DNA from: Williopsis jadinii
Lineage: Eukaryota
Assembly (NCBI GenBank): GCA_024346625.1
Contig: AP024664.1
Location: forward strand, 62,001 to 126,000
Length of the DNA stretch: 64,000 nucleotides
Reading direction: 5' to 3'
A program made the position numbers and the translations under genes. Positions 12,016 through 24,041 of this stretch are shown here, one piece after another. Under the pieces are notes generated by a model. The model was not told the origin of the DNA, did no database searches, and was given only the letters and a program-made list of their open reading frames with translations. Position 1 is the first letter of the stretch; every line of letters starts with the position of its first letter.

Positions 12016-13026
12016 TTATTGAACTTTTACCATAACCACTGTAATGTCATCCTCCTTACCACCAGAATAGAACTGCCCGGTTAATTGTGATAACTCTTGA
12101 GAGAATACAGAGGGGAAGTTCTCGTCTAAACTCAACGTATAAACGTTCTGTACAAACTTGGACGACAACTCTTCCAATGGCGTCTTTTCGTTGTCCTTTA
12201 AGTACAGTTCAATGTCCTTAACGTCAATGTTATCAATGACACCGTCAGTGGCAAATATCACTATATCGTCTTTTACAACGTTGAATTCATATTCGTCGGC
12301 GTCGTCCGGTTGGTCCATGATGAACCGTGAGCCCTTATTCTGTGTTTTTATCTCATTTGGAATGATCGCCAACTGATATGGAGTGTTGAAGCCATGTGTC
12401 TGAACCTTGGTCTCGGCAATCAATGAGCCCTGTCTGAACACACCACACCAAGAGTCCCCCAAATTGGCCACTTTCAGAGTGTTCTTTTCAAAGATCCCCA
12501 GGCAAGCAGTGGTGCCTCCAACTTTGACGATATCCTCATTTTGAATCTTATCGAATGCATGGTTCAAGAGCTGAACAGGTGATAGATGGTCACCTTTGGT
12601 GAATGACTCCTTCATAGAATTGCACAGTTCTCGGGATATCGCACTGGAATCGTACCCCAACTCGGCCCAACCACCAACACCATCTGCAACACCACATGCA
12701 AGTTTACTACCAGCTTTGGCTATGAAGTAGTTATCCTCACCAGACGGAGACTCTACTCTTTGCACCTTCATATGTCTACGCATCATCCTGTTATTCTCCT
12801 CTCTCTCCTTCGGCTGGAATGCAACAGATGCTTCGAATGGGAATGAGTCCACGTGTAAGCTCGAGGAGGACGAGGAGGATGACGACGATGACGTGGAAGA
12901 CGAAAAGTGACGAGGTCTAATCACCTTTGTCTTGACAACAGCTGTGTTGAGTAATATGTGAGTAGTTAGACTTATTAGAATCACAAGCACGATGAACTTA
13001 CTCCTTCTGATGGATGAGATGAACAT
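12016..13026 (-). CDS. PTC7: Type 2C protein phosphatase Ptc7, with an optional in-frame 60-nt intron (13001..12942)
   Basis: GEDNYF, GVADGVGGW, ANLGDSW, FNTPYQL, ATDGVIDN and GGKEDDITVV. Adjacent to NMD2 as in S. cerevisiae. Confidence 0.95.
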   Translation of the reverse strand: MFISSIRRSKFIVLVILISLTTHILLNTAVVKTKVIRPRHFSSSTSSSSSSSSSSSLHVDSFPFEASVAFQPKEREENNRMMRRHMKVQRVESPSGEDNYFIAKAGSKLACGVADGVGGWAELGYDSSAISRELCNSMKESFTKGDHLSPVQLLNHAFDKIQNEDIVKVGGTTACLGIFEKNTLKVANLGDSWCGVFRQGSLIAETKVQTHGFNTPYQLAIIPNEIKTQNKGSRFIMDQPDDADEYEFNVVKDDIVIFATDGVIDNIDVKDIELYLKDNEKTPLEELSSKFVQNVYTLSLDENFPSVFSQELSQLTGQFYSGGKEDDITVVMVKVQ

Positions 13027-13450
13027 GATACGTAATGCAATGAAGAACCAGAAGATGAGATGAGCCTCTCAAGATGAGCCTCTCAAGACATAATCAAAGG
13101 AAAGAAAAGAAACAAAAAAAATTAATTCACCATTATGGAATCTCGGCTAAAAAGTCCCAAAAATGTATGTGTAAGTATGCACACTATATAAATACGATTT
13201 AAAGCCCACATTAGGAAATACACCGCATTCAGAAACACAGTACCTGCCTCCTGGTTACCCTGCCACACCCGGACACCAGCCAATCAGAATCCGCTCAGAC
13301 GGCGAACCACAAACAGAGCGAAAAAACTCCACCACCGAGGAAACACCAACTCGGCCTGTGTGGGTTTTTTTTTGTGTCTGGAAATTGAACGTTTGGGTAA
13401 ACAAATCTGAAAGAACAGACAGGGAAACCACAACAACAAGAACATCAACA

Positions 13451-13796
13451 ATGTCAACTGTTAACGTACGTGTGCCATTGTCGATCAGGCTGGCAGAGGC
13501 TCGAGTACTAACCATGAGATTAGGTCTTTAGATACACCGCTTTGGCTGCCGGTATCGTTTACGGTGCTTACCACACTTCCCAATTGAAGTCAGCTGCTGC
13601 TAAAGCTGAAGAGCAGAAGGCCTACAACGCTCAGGTTGCGTTGATTGCTGAGGCCAAGGCCAAGTACGCCGAGTTGCACAAGAAGCCAGAGGCTAAGACC
13701 GCCGCTTCTACCGATATCAAGGAGGTTAACTTTGATGACAAGGAGTTGGACTTTGCTAAGGTGATCCTCTCTGCTGTTGAGAAGCTGGAGTCTTGA
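13451..13796 (+). CDS. TIM11: Mitochondrial ATP synthase subunit e; join(13451..13465,13524..13796)
   Basis: The spliced product starts MSTVNVFRYTALAAGIVYG. Intron GTACGT...TACTAAC...TAG (58 nt). Confidence 0.92.
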
Positions 13797-14128
13797 GTGT
13801 GACCGCGGACAACTGAGATACGTAGAGACATCAGAAGGAGAGGGCATGAAGGATTGACCAGGTGTATAGAGACTTACTTTATTTGTTTATATTCCATTTT
13901 GAGGTGAAGATTGCTTTGACATTTCTCTATAACCTTCACATATACCGTTATTAGAAATAAGCAGGATCGTCACCGTCGTTATTATTATTATTGCTGTTAT
14001 CAAAAGATGGAGGTACTGCTACACACGGGATTTCATCAAGAGTAAATGGCTTATGTTATATCTAAGAACAAAACAAAAAAACACTTATACTAGTGTGTGT
14101 ATATACAAGGGTTCATATAGTATAGTCT

Positions 14129-15256
14129 TTACTTCATTCTTTTCTCACCTCTCACTTTGTGGAAGACGGTACCCTTTGGTAGCCCGTATAGCTCACGTAC
14201 TTTCGAAACATTCAGATCCCATGTTGATCTCCACATGTGCGCACCAACAGCATTCAACGAGTTCACCTTGACGAATTCCCTAATGTTGAAGTCACGTTCA
14301 GTCAATTTGACGTTGATTGGTGCAGGTTGTCTAAAGACCCACACAACGAATCTCTGTGTTGGCAGGTTCTTCTCAGGAACAGGTGGTAAGTAGTCAATGA
14401 GTTCGTTAATGGAACCGTCATCTTCAAGCAAACGTCTCGGAGTGATGAAGTTGTCGTTATATTCCAGCTTCACGTTTGACAACCCCCATGAGATTTGTGT
14501 CTTGTACGTGTTGTTTGCGATATCAGCAACGTCAGGGTTCACAATCAGCACAGTGTACAGTTGGGTCTTGGTGTCAACTTGTTCCAACTCTTGAATCTTT
14601 ATAGAAGGTGGGTACGCAGTCACATTCGATGACAGAACGGTACCTGGTTCAATCCAACGATTGACAGTTGTATGGTTCAAAAATTTCAGAGAAACAGGAA
14701 CCTTTGGCTCAAAAGTTGGCAAAGTGTCCGGTATGGCGTGGAGTTGTTCCAATCTCTGCATCAACAACATCTGATCCTTCGATTCCCAGTCTTGTTTCAG
14801 CAATTCACGATACACAGGTTGTTCATAGTCAATATATTGTGGGTCGTTCTCCAGCTTGTCGTTGTAGGCAAAGTTAAATCTAACTTCTGGGTTGTTAATC
14901 TGGGCTTCAACCTCCAATTGAGTCTTGTTCTCATTGGAGGATTCAATCTTGTTATACAACTCCTGCGACTTGTCCCTCAGGTAGGCATACGAAACGTCAA
15001 ACGCATCTTGTAACCCAGATGGCGAGTTATATCTCAGTTTGAACTTCTTGGAGCTCAAACTTGGGGGACCTTCTTTGGATACACCGTTCAACAGTGAAGA
15101 TCTGTACTTCGACGGAGCCTTGAATGCCCTTGGCTCGTTCTCCAAATTGGATGGCTTTGCCCATGTTTTATCCGCTGACTTGGCCGAAACTGATGATGTT
15201 GACTCAGCAACAGTGGCCATGAGTCGCTTGGAGCTTCCAAAACCACTACGAAGCAT
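14129..15256 (-). CDS. MRPL35: Mitochondrial ribosomal protein mL38 (PEBP-like)
   Basis: Presequence, INNPEVRFNF, IDYEQPVYR, LMQRLEQLHAIPDTLP, YTVLIVNPDV and YLPPVPEKN. Confidence 0.93.
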   Translation of the reverse strand: MLRSGFGSSKRLMATVAESTSSVSAKSADKTWAKPSNLENEPRAFKAPSKYRSSLLNGVSKEGPPSLSSKKFKLRYNSPSGLQDAFDVSYAYLRDKSQELYNKIESSNENKTQLEVEAQINNPEVRFNFAYNDKLENDPQYIDYEQPVYRELLKQDWESKDQMLLMQRLEQLHAIPDTLPTFEPKVPVSLKFLNHTTVNRWIEPGTVLSSNVTAYPPSIKIQELEQVDTKTQLYTVLIVNPDVADIANNTYKTQISWGLSNVKLEYNDNFITPRRLLEDDGSINELIDYLPPVPEKNLPTQRFVVWVFRQPAPINVKLTERDFNIREFVKVNSLNAVGAHMWRSTWDLNVSKVRELYGLPKGTVFHKVRGEKRMK

Positions 15257-15498
15257 GCTTTAGCGTTGTAGTCCTCTCAATAACAAACAATGAGCTGTGT
15301 GAAATGAACAGAAAACATGTTTGACCATGAAAAAAGTTCTCCGAGACAACAATTTTTCACGCCAAAGACCTTTCGGTAAGGGGACACATTGGATGTACGG
15401 GTGTTGATTCTAGGTGGGTGCTACTGGGGTAGTTGAGGTTGGAAAGAGTCAACAATGTTGTGATAAAGAGAAGTGTTTATGTGTGTAAGAATATGTGA

Positions 15499-16200
15499 TT
15501 ATCTTCTTGTGAGTCTGTGGATACTCATCAGTGCACTTATTGCACCCATCAGCTTCTCTAACGCAGGATGGACTCTCCAACGGAACAGTTCGATGGAGAC
15601 GAATCCCAAGTCGACGAGGGTACCGAGTAATTCCAACAATTCGTAGTTGATGTCTTTGGAAACCCCGTCAATTTCATCTCTGTATCTCTGTATTATGAGG
15701 TCCCTCAGCTTGTTCGATGGCGCACACATTTGGCATTTGGCCAGTTCCATGGAAACACTTGCTTTGAGTCTAACCAATCTGAGCAAGTTGAGTATGATCT
15801 TTCTCAAGCTTAATATGAGTGTGACGAACCAGACCTTGGAGGCGTGTAAGCTGATATTCTGTAGCCATTTGGACTGCTTACCGATTCCAAATTTTGTAAC
15901 CAGATAGAGGTTGTCTAACAATGAAGTCACCGTTTCAAGCAACTCCACAAGGAAATCGCTCTTTTTCTGTTCCTGCTTATTCCCACGGATAAGCTGCCCC
16001 ATGTATAGCATGCTCCGTATGAGTTGATGGCTTGACCTTCCTCGACCAACGGTATCTGGCACCGGCAATTGGAGAGACACATCCTTAGTGGTATTACAGT
16101 ATCTGGCGAATTGAACGCTTGGTGAACGCATTAGGAGCTGTTGATTTGCCTGAATTGATACCACTTCGGATATCATCGAATCGATCTGTTTACCAGTCAT
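15499..16200 (-). CDS. Probable peroxisomal membrane protein (Pex11-superfamily; Pex34/Pex36-like)
   Basis: LDNLYLVTKFGI...ASKVWFVTLILSLRK and a C-terminal hydrophobic helix pair resemble Pex11-family peroxins. The start codon is uncertain. Confidence 0.55.
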   Translation of the reverse strand: MTGKQIDSMISEVVSIQANQQLLMRSPSVQFARYCNTTKDVSLQLPVPDTVGRGRSSHQLIRSMLYMGQLIRGNKQEQKKSDFLVELLETVTSLLDNLYLVTKFGIGKQSKWLQNISLHASKVWFVTLILSLRKIILNLLRLVRLKASVSMELAKCQMCAPSNKLRDLIIQRYRDEIDGVSKDINYELLELLGTLVDLGFVSIELFRWRVHPALEKLMGAISALMSIHRLTRR

Positions 16201-16467
16201 TGACATTGCTCAACGGTGTACGCCCTGTATTTGCCGCAGGCTTCAAGAATAAGATAAAAGTGTTCTTCTCCTTCCCCCATAAAAATGGCCTTTGTTTATA
16301 CCATTATAGAAACACCCGGACACCATGCTTAAGTACGATATCAGCTTTTACAAAGCCTTCTACAAATTAGCTAGCAATGGCTACAGTGGAACTGTTCCAA
16401 CGTTGTTTAATTCCTTCCTCCATCTGTTTATTCTGTTTTTAATATCCTGCTAGAGTTCCAATCCAAA

Positions 16468-17064
16468 TTATAACGATTTGTTCATGAATCTTCTTCTTGT
16501 AAATGCAAGCCAGTATTTACTAGGAGTGGATTGGCTCTCAACGTAGATTCGCTGTATCAACCTGGCACTAAGTTCTTGACGGAACTGTGTGAGGTAGCCC
16601 TTGAGTAAATCGTGCTCAGATCTGTCCCTTGGAGGTTGGTACAAAGAGTTCAAGGGGAAGTTCCCGTCACCTGGGATGGCAAAGTTTTCAAGCGATAAGT
16701 TTGTCAAAATCTTGGTAGCCTCTGAAGCCGAAGTAGATGGTGAAATTTTGGATAAACAATCAGAGACAAAGAGAATTCCGTAGATCAACACACGGTCGGC
16801 TGGCCCTTTGATTTCGAAGTTCTTGAAAAAAGAGTTTGCACGGAACAAGTCCAACACTTCATCGATGATATCGTAATCGGAGTCGCTTGGGTACGCAGGG
16901 CCTCTGAACTTGGTCTTTAGAGGTAAGAGGGAAAAGTTACCAACTAGTCTCTCATTCGAGGCTGGGTCCGAAAGGAACGTTGAGTGGTATGCCTATTTCA
17001 CACCGAGCTGTTAGGAATCCAACTAGGCACATTTGCAATTGACTTGGTAGATACTCACTGGCAT
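16468..17064 (-). CDS. ARC18: Arp2/3 complex subunit p21; complement(join(16468..16992,17059..17064))
   Basis: The spliced start is MPAYHSTF, with FRANSFFKNFEIKGPADR and the ending KYWLAFTRRRFMNKSL. Intron GTGAGT...CCTAAC...TAG (66 nt). Confidence 0.96.
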
Positions 17065-18089
17065 ATTGGCTTTGCTCTTGTTAACCTAAGACAGGCTCGA
17101 ATTGAGAGAAAAGAGAGCACCAACGGAGGGGGTGAGCTTCCGGTAAAGAAAAGTAACTAACTAACTAACACCCCTTGGGAACCCGAGATTCGGTGGGAGA
17201 ACCACCGGAACTCGGCGCTCTGTCAAACACTTCACGTGTAAAAAAGCAACAGTTCACTAAATCGGGATTTCGGGAAAATTCATTGTCCTGGAAACCCTGG
17301 CCCATCACGGGCCCCACGAAAAGACACCGAACTAGACAAAGAAGGGCTTCTAAGTCAATTGTAGACGTAATTCTGTTGAATTCATACGAATTAACCACTG
17401 GATATAAGTAGAAAGAAGCAAAAGAGTGAATTATTTCAGCAAACCAATACCAATCACAGCTTCTCTTCCCTCAAGACACAACCCTCCTCGTGCGGTAGTA
17501 GCTGACGGAGATAACATGGACGCTTTTCTCCCCCAGCACAGTTAACTCCTTCGCCGTCTCTCGCTGCTCCCCGTCTGGTTTTCTCCCCTACGCTTTCCGC
17601 ACGGAATTGAGATTAAGCCCACTTCTTAGTAGCGAGCCCACGAGCCCCACAAGCTTGTACTTTTTTCCCGTCTCAGCTGGGCCTGGTGCTTTCCCACTGT
17701 TTACACTGCGCCAAACGTTTCATCTCTCTAATTTTAGCCTGTGCGTATTAGGAGAAAAATAGAAGAAACAAGGAAAAGGGCAGAATTGAAAAAACAAACC
17801 ACAAAAACGGTGAAATACCAAAGGTACACAGGGGAACCCTCAACAATCAAAACAGAACACAACACAGGAACAAAACATTGATAAAGCTGACATAAACGCT
17901 TGTACTATACTACTGTCTCTTTACCATTGGTGCATTCTCATTGTTTCTAGTGTTTTTTTGCTTTGGGCATCTTGTTTATTTGGCTCTTTCCTGTTACCGC
18001 TTTCTTTCTATCACGGTGCTTATCAGGAGGGTGGGCTCTGAGTTGCTATACTTTGGACAAGAAGACATAAACACAAGTGACAGTACAAG

Positions 18090-21000
18090 ATGTCTGGGTT
18101 TGAAAGGGATGACCTCTTCAGCGACATCTTTGGCAACAAGAGGCCGAGCGACGAGTCGCAGAGGACCTCTGCTTCTCAACAGACGGCTCCGAAACAAGGA
18201 CAGACGAGTACCGCAGCAAACATCAACAATGGCAACAGTGGGTCGAGGCCAACTTTGGACCCATTTGTTGTCGGCGAATCACTGAACAATTTCAATGAGA
18301 GATTTTTCAATGAGACGGTGATCAACAATGGTGGTCACCAACAGTACGATGGCCGTGTACAATCTGGCGGCAGACAACAGCAACAACAACAACAACATCA
18401 ACATCAAAAACCTCAACAACAACCTCAACAACAACACCAACAACACCAACAACAACACCAACACCAACGTGAAAACGTTTTGCCTGGTGCTGTAAGGTAT
18501 CCATCTTCTTCAAGCTTGAATCAGCAACAAATCTACGGGAGACAGGGACAGCAACAATTTCAACAAGCTCCACTTCAACAGCAACAAGCTCCGATCCAAC
18601 AGCGCCCACAGCAACATCACCCACAGCAACAAGCTCCATATCGACTTCAGCATCCTGCACAAGCTCAACAGATTGATGTACAAACACAGAGACAGGAACA
18701 GAGACAAGGACAAGGACAGCATCACTATCAACACATTCATGAACATCCGCATAACCAGCAGAGGGTACTTCATCAGCATGTATCACCACCACCAAATATA
18801 CACCGAAAACCACCATCATCGATGGAGAATTTGCACCAACAACAGCAGGTTCCATTGCCACCGCATTTGCAACAGCAGGTTAGTTATAACGGTGCGTCAT
18901 CACAGGGACAAGTCAATCCAATGAGACAACTACCACCACAGCAACAAAATATGAAACCAGCTACTGCACCGCCTATAGGGTTACAAGCTTCAAAACCTCC
19001 AGTTGCAAGTATCGGACCTCCACAAGTTGCTTCACAGATACCTGCTCAAGTACCAGTGCAGCAACAACAACAACCACAACAGCGGTCCTTTAGTTTGCAA
19101 GGTGCACCTCAAATTATGCCAAGTAGAATAACAGATCCAGTGAAGAGAATTCCACAACCAATTGCAACAGATGTGGCTCATCATCAAGAGAGGTATTCTG
19201 GTGGAGCTTCACCAACTACAAAGTCTAGTACTCGCTCACCAATATTGCAACAGGGGATAAACTTGTTGACAAGAAATTCAAAGACTTCTCCTTCACTAAC
19301 AACGCAGGCTTCATTCTCATCACAACAACAGCAACAATTAGTTCAATCACAAGCAAACGGGAACCCCCAAAGTCCTACGAGGACCATGTCTTTGAACTCT
19401 ACTTTCCTTTCGTCGTTTCGTTCATCTGATAACATGCATAGCCAGTCTTCAAAGCACCACCCTCAAAACTTGGCAAAGAAGACTTCAAGTGGTCGTATCA
19501 TACCTCAGAAGTTTGACATGTCGAACGGCTCAAATACCGGATTGGGATTAAAATCAAGATCATTGAGTAACATTGCAAAAGTTCGTCGCCTAAGCTCCAC
19601 AACTTCTTTAAGTTCCAAGAGAGTTTCTTCACAAAATTCTATGAGTTCAAGAACAGTGGTTACAACGGCTTCTCGCCCTCCGAGAGTTTATCCTGCAATG
19701 TTATCGAGAGTTGCAACGATGTTTAAAAAGGTCATTGTACTCTCGCAGCACAACATTGGTGGATTGGAATACCGTGACTCGTTTACAGGTTCTGAGGCTG
19801 TTGATGCTATTGCACTAATCATTCGTACAACAGATCGTAATCTCGCGTTGTTACTTGGAAGAGCGCTTGATGCACAGAAATTCTTCCATGATGTTACATA
19901 TGAGCACAGATTGAGAGATTCCAATTCGGAGGTTTATCAATTTGATGAGGTTTATGTTTCATCCCCGCAGTTGGATCGTTCTTCTGCTTCTTTTGCCAGC
20001 GACTCACAACAAAGCTTATCAACAACATTGGGCCCAACAACAGATAATGAACAACAGTCAACACCAGATCTTGAAGCAAATGTCAATGGTGTTTTCACTC
20101 TGTTAACAGAGTGTTACTCACCAACCTGCACGCGCGACTCACTTTGTTATTCTATTGCCTGCCCAAGAAGATTGGAACAACAGGCCCGTCTCAATATGAA
20201 GCCACAAGGCGGGTTGAAACGCAACGAGTCTCACGCATCATTGCACGAAGACGAAGAGAAGAAACAATTGTGGTCTCACACGGTTCCTCAAAAGTTACTA
20301 GAATCTTTGGATAAGAAGGAAATTAAACGCCAGGAACTGATCTATGAGATTGTATCAACCGAGAGAACATTTGTCAGAAACTTGGAATACATTCGTGATT
20401 TTTGGATACGCCCATTACGTGAATCAAACATCATCCCAGTATCTGAACGTGAGAAGTTCATCCGCACAGTGTTTTTCAACGTTATTGATATCTTGAATGT
20501 GGCCACGAGATTCCGTGATGCGTTAGTGAGAAGACAACAGTTAAAACCCGTTGTTGAGAACATTGGAGATATCTTCTTGGAGTTTATACCGTATTTTGAA
20601 CCATTCATATCGTACAATGCTGGTCAATGTTTTGCCAAATACGAACTCGAACGTCAAAAGGCTGCAAATCCGTTGTTCAAAAGATTTATCGAAGAAACTG
20701 AGAGATTGCCCGAATCGAACCGTTTGAACATTTCTTCATATTTGTCACAGGCCACAACGCGTACGGTGCGTTATAACTTGTTATTGAGAGACGTTATCAA
20801 GAACACTAGGGAGGATTCAATTGATCTATCCGATTTGAAACGTGCATCAGATCAGATCCTGAAACTTTTGGAACGTATCAACGTAAAGGTTGGTAAAGCT
20901 GAAGACCGCCATGCTTTAATCCTGCTGAAACAGCGACTGGTCTTTAGACCTGGTGAATACGTTGATCTCAAATTGGGAGCTGATAACCGTAAGATCATGT

Positions 21001-22394
21001 ATACGGCACCGTTGAAACGTAAGAACCAAGAGAAAGATAGTCAAGGTGATATTCAAGTCTATCTGTTGGACCATGTGTTACTCTTTGTGAGAGTTAAAGT
21101 TATCAATAAGAGGGAACAGCACAAAGTTTTCCAACGCCCAATACCACTTCCGTTATTGTTTGTCTCCAGCAGCGAGGAAATGCCATCTCTAAGACCGTAT
21201 ATGAAGAGACCTGGTGCTTATGCGCATGTTCTTTCACAGCCAAGTTTCAATGAGACAAAGAATGCCATCTCGTTTGCATACGTGGGACGTCGTGGTTACG
21301 AACTGACCCTTTATGGTGCCACTGGTTCTGCACAGGAATCTTTAATATCAGTTATAGAGCAACAACAGAGAAAATTGCTGGAGCAGAATGACATTTTCAC
21401 CCTAACCTCACTTGGAGAGCGTATGTTTGACATATCTAACAAGATCAATTGTCTGGTACCATATGATGGTGGACGTAAATTGCTATACGGTAGCGATTCT
21501 GGTGTCTATACTAGTGAGGTCATTCGTACAAAAGATGGCAAGAGACAGGTGACGAAACCTGTAAAAGTTATATCAAAAGTCAACGTTACTCAACTGGAAG
21601 TTTTAGAAGAGTATCAGACGTTGTTGGCGTTAGCAGATAAGAAGTTATATGCCTGGCCATTGGAAATTTTAACATCACAGGACAAGAAAACCGGCAAGGA
21701 GATCATGTCCCATGTTAGTTTTTTCAAAGTTGGTGTTTGTGGTGGACGTATGCTCGTTGTTGCTGCGAAGAGTGATTTGATTCGTGTATTCGAACCAACA
21801 GATCCATTTTCTAAGAAGATGAGTAAGAAGAAGTTCAAGAATGAGACTAGGGAGTTCCACTTCAGCTCCGAACCTGTTAGTATCTCATTTTTGAAGACAA
21901 GATTGATCGTTGGGTGCACCAAAGGGTTTGAGATTGTTTCTCTTAACGATGGTAGAATCGAAGGTATACTGGATCCTGCTGATACATCGTTGGACTTCAT
22001 CACGAACCGTGAAGGCTTAAAACCGCTGGCAATCCATCGTATCAGTTCCAACTTCCTGTTGTCGTACTCCGATTTTTCATTCTTCATCAACAAGAATGGA
22101 TGGAGAACTAGAAGTGACTGGATGATCAACTGGGAAGGCATCCCGCAATCCTTTGCACTGTGGTATCCTTATCTCTTAGCATTTGAGCCTAATTTCATTG
22201 AGATTAGACACACAGAGACTGGCGAGCTATTGCGTGTCATCCTGGGCGAGAACATTCGTCTTCTACACATGGGATCACAGGAGATCCTCTATGCCTACGA
22301 AGATGAACGTGGTTACGACGTTGTTGCATCTCTAGACTTTTGGGATAAAGGCAACAAGAAGGAGAAACTCTGCGATATCACTGAGGAGGTATGA
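18090..22394 (+). CDS. ROM2: Rho1 guanine nucleotide exchange factor (DEP, RhoGEF, PH and CNH domains; Q-rich N-terminus)
   Basis: DSFTGSEAVD, DRNLALLLGRALDAQKFFHDVTYEHRLRDS, GVFTLLTECYSPTC and KRQELIYE. Lies between ARC18 and ELO3. Confidence 0.96.
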   Translation: MSGFERDDLFSDIFGNKRPSDESQRTSASQQTAPKQGQTSTAANINNGNSGSRPTLDPFVVGESLNNFNERFFNETVINNGGHQQYDGRVQSGGRQQQQQQQHQHQKPQQQPQQQHQQHQQQHQHQRENVLPGAVRYPSSSSLNQQQIYGRQGQQQFQQAPLQQQQAPIQQRPQQHHPQQQAPYRLQHPAQAQQIDVQTQRQEQRQGQGQHHYQHIHEHPHNQQRVLHQHVSPPPNIHRKPPSSMENLHQQQQVPLPPHLQQQVSYNGASSQGQVNPMRQLPPQQQNMKPATAPPIGLQASKPPVASIGPPQVASQIPAQVPVQQQQQPQQRSFSLQGAPQIMPSRITDPVKRIPQPIATDVAHHQERYSGGASPTTKSSTRSPILQQGINLLTRNSKTSPSLTTQASFSSQQQQQLVQSQANGNPQSPTRTMSLNSTFLSSFRSSDNMHSQSSKHHPQNLAKKTSSGRIIPQKFDMSNGSNTGLGLKSRSLSNIAKVRRLSSTTSLSSKRVSSQNSMSSRTVVTTASRPPRVYPAMLSRVATMFKKVIVLSQHNIGGLEYRDSFTGSEAVDAIALIIRTTDRNLALLLGRALDAQKFFHDVTYEHRLRDSNSEVYQFDEVYVSSPQLDRSSASFASDSQQSLSTTLGPTTDNEQQSTPDLEANVNGVFTLLTECYSPTCTRDSLCYSIACPRRLEQQARLNMKPQGGLKRNESHASLHEDEEKKQLWSHTVPQKLLESLDKKEIKRQELIYEIVSTERTFVRNLEYIRDFWIRPLRESNIIPVSEREKFIRTVFFNVIDILNVATRFRDALVRRQQLKPVVENIGDIFLEFIPYFEPFISYNAGQCFAKYELERQKAANPLFKRFIEETERLPESNRLNISSYLSQATTRTVRYNLLLRDVIKNTREDSIDLSDLKRASDQILKLLERINVKVGKAEDRHALILLKQRLVFRPGEYVDLKLGADNRKIMYTAPLKRKNQEKDSQGDIQVYLLDHVLLFVRVKVINKREQHKVFQRPIPLPLLFVSSSEEMPSLRPYMKRPGAYAHVLSQPSFNETKNAISFAYVGRRGYELTLYGATGSAQESLISVIEQQQRKLLEQNDIFTLTSLGERMFDISNKINCLVPYDGGRKLLYGSDSGVYTSEVIRTKDGKRQVTKPVKVISKVNVTQLEVLEEYQTLLALADKKLYAWPLEILTSQDKKTGKEIMSHVSFFKVGVCGGRMLVVAAKSDLIRVFEPTDPFSKKMSKKKFKNETREFHFSSEPVSISFLKTRLIVGCTKGFEIVSLNDGRIEGILDPADTSLDFITNREGLKPLAIHRISSNFLLSYSDFSFFINKNGWRTRSDWMINWEGIPQSFALWYPYLLAFEPNFIEIRHTETGELLRVILGENIRLLHMGSQEILYAYEDERGYDVVASLDFWDKGNKKEKLCDITEEV

Positions 22395-23033
22395 TCTCTT
22401 TGCAGATAGGCTGTTTCTTCCTCATTTCTAGAAGGTATACAAAATTCAACCCGGCTTGTTCATCATTTTTACTACTAACAGTTGTAGCTTGCTGACAACG
22501 CTCCCCCAAACAACCACCTCGCTGCCTTCTTGGTGTGTAAAGGTCGTGACGCTATTCGCGGAGTTCATGCGTAAGGGTTCTCTGTAAGCGTACGCTCCGG
22601 CAGGGCCCCTATACCACCACAGAATCCAGTTCTTAAGACTTAGAACGAAACTACACACAACACACAGGCCTGTCCGTCACGCTTAAACTGAGTATAAAGA
22701 CGACCAACGTACAGCAGAGCCTTCCAAGCCAAAAGCTGAGGAAATCAAAACTGCAACGCGTTTGTTATTAAAATCTTCTCAGGGACTTTTTTTGCTTGGT
22801 CTCGTCGTAATTTTTTAGCCTCGGCCTGAGCAACTGGAAATTTCCGTTGGGTAAAATTTCCTCCCGTCGCGCGCGGTTTTGGAGCCCCTAAAATTTCCTC
22901 TCCGGCCGTTGCGCAGTTTGTGTGCTGTTTGTTGTGTCTTTTTTTCTAACTTTCTCGAACTTTTCACTTTTTCTTCCCTTTTTCCTTCCCTTTGTGGGAT
23001 TCAGCACAGATCGAAAACAAGAGCCCAGACACC

Positions 23034-24041
23034 ATGGAAATGGAAATGGAAGTTGAGGCAGCGGCCGCTGCCTCATTCATTGAGATTGTTGAGGATGTAG
23101 CACCGGGGTATTTATCCTATATCAACGCGAACACGCCGGCATTCTTCCAAGTTGGAGTTCCTTCCATAAAGAGACCGTTTGGAGTCCACCTTTGGCCGTT
23201 GTTCAACCAGCTCGTGTCCACCATCAGTGGTGGTAAGTTTGTGCCGGATGAGTTCCACTACGTTGAGGGCGAGACGTTCATGAGCACACCGTTCGAAGTT
23301 GCTGTTGTTATTGGGTTGTACTACTTCATCATCACCTTTGGACAAGTTGTCTTCAAGAACTTGACGGCCTGGAAGCTGAACTATCCATTCCAGCTGCACA
23401 ATTTGGTGTTGACCACTGTTTCCGGAGTGCTGTTGGCTCTGCTGTTTGAACAGATCTTCCCGATTGTTGTGGAGCACGGTGTGTTGTACTCCGTGTGCTC
23501 TCCAAACTCGTGGTACCAGAAAGTTGTTGTCATTTACTACTTGAACTACTTGACCAAATACCTCGAATTTGTCGATACCTTCTTCCTCGTTGTTAAGAAG
23601 AAGAAGATCATCTTCTTGCACGCCTACCACCACGGTGCCACTGCTTTGCTCTGTTACATCCAGTTGAACGGTGAAACGTCCGTGTCATGGGTCCCAATCC
23701 TGTTGAACTTGGGTGTCCACGTCATCATGTACTGGTACTATTTCCTCGCTGCCAGAGGCATCAGAGTCTGGTGGAAGCAATGGATCACCAGATTCCAAAT
23801 CATTCAATTCATCTTGGACTTGATCTTTGTCTATTCCACCACATACACCTTCTACGCCGACAAGTACTCTCGTGAGTGGGGCATCTGGATTCCAAACATG
23901 GGTACCTGTTATGGAACCCCATTTGCTGCCAGCACCGGATGTTTGATCTTGTCCAGTTACTTGGTGTTGTTCATCATGTTCTACATCAGTATCTACAAGA
24001 AGACACCAGCGGCCAAGAAGGATTCTAAGAAGACCAAATAG
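23034..24041 (+). CDS. ELO3: Very-long-chain fatty acid elongase
   Basis: KYLEFVDT, LHAYHHGAT, HVIMYWYYF and PNMGTCYGT (Sur4-like). C-terminal KKTK ER retrieval signal. Syntenic with ROM2. Confidence 0.88.
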   Translation: MEMEMEVEAAAAASFIEIVEDVAPGYLSYINANTPAFFQVGVPSIKRPFGVHLWPLFNQLVSTISGGKFVPDEFHYVEGETFMSTPFEVAVVIGLYYFIITFGQVVFKNLTAWKLNYPFQLHNLVLTTVSGVLLALLFEQIFPIVVEHGVLYSVCSPNSWYQKVVVIYYLNYLTKYLEFVDTFFLVVKKKKIIFLHAYHHGATALLCYIQLNGETSVSWVPILLNLGVHVIMYWYYFLAARGIRVWWKQWITRFQIIQFILDLIFVYSTTYTFYADKYSREWGIWIPNMGTCYGTPFAASTGCLILSSYLVLFIMFYISIYKKTPAAKKDSKKTK

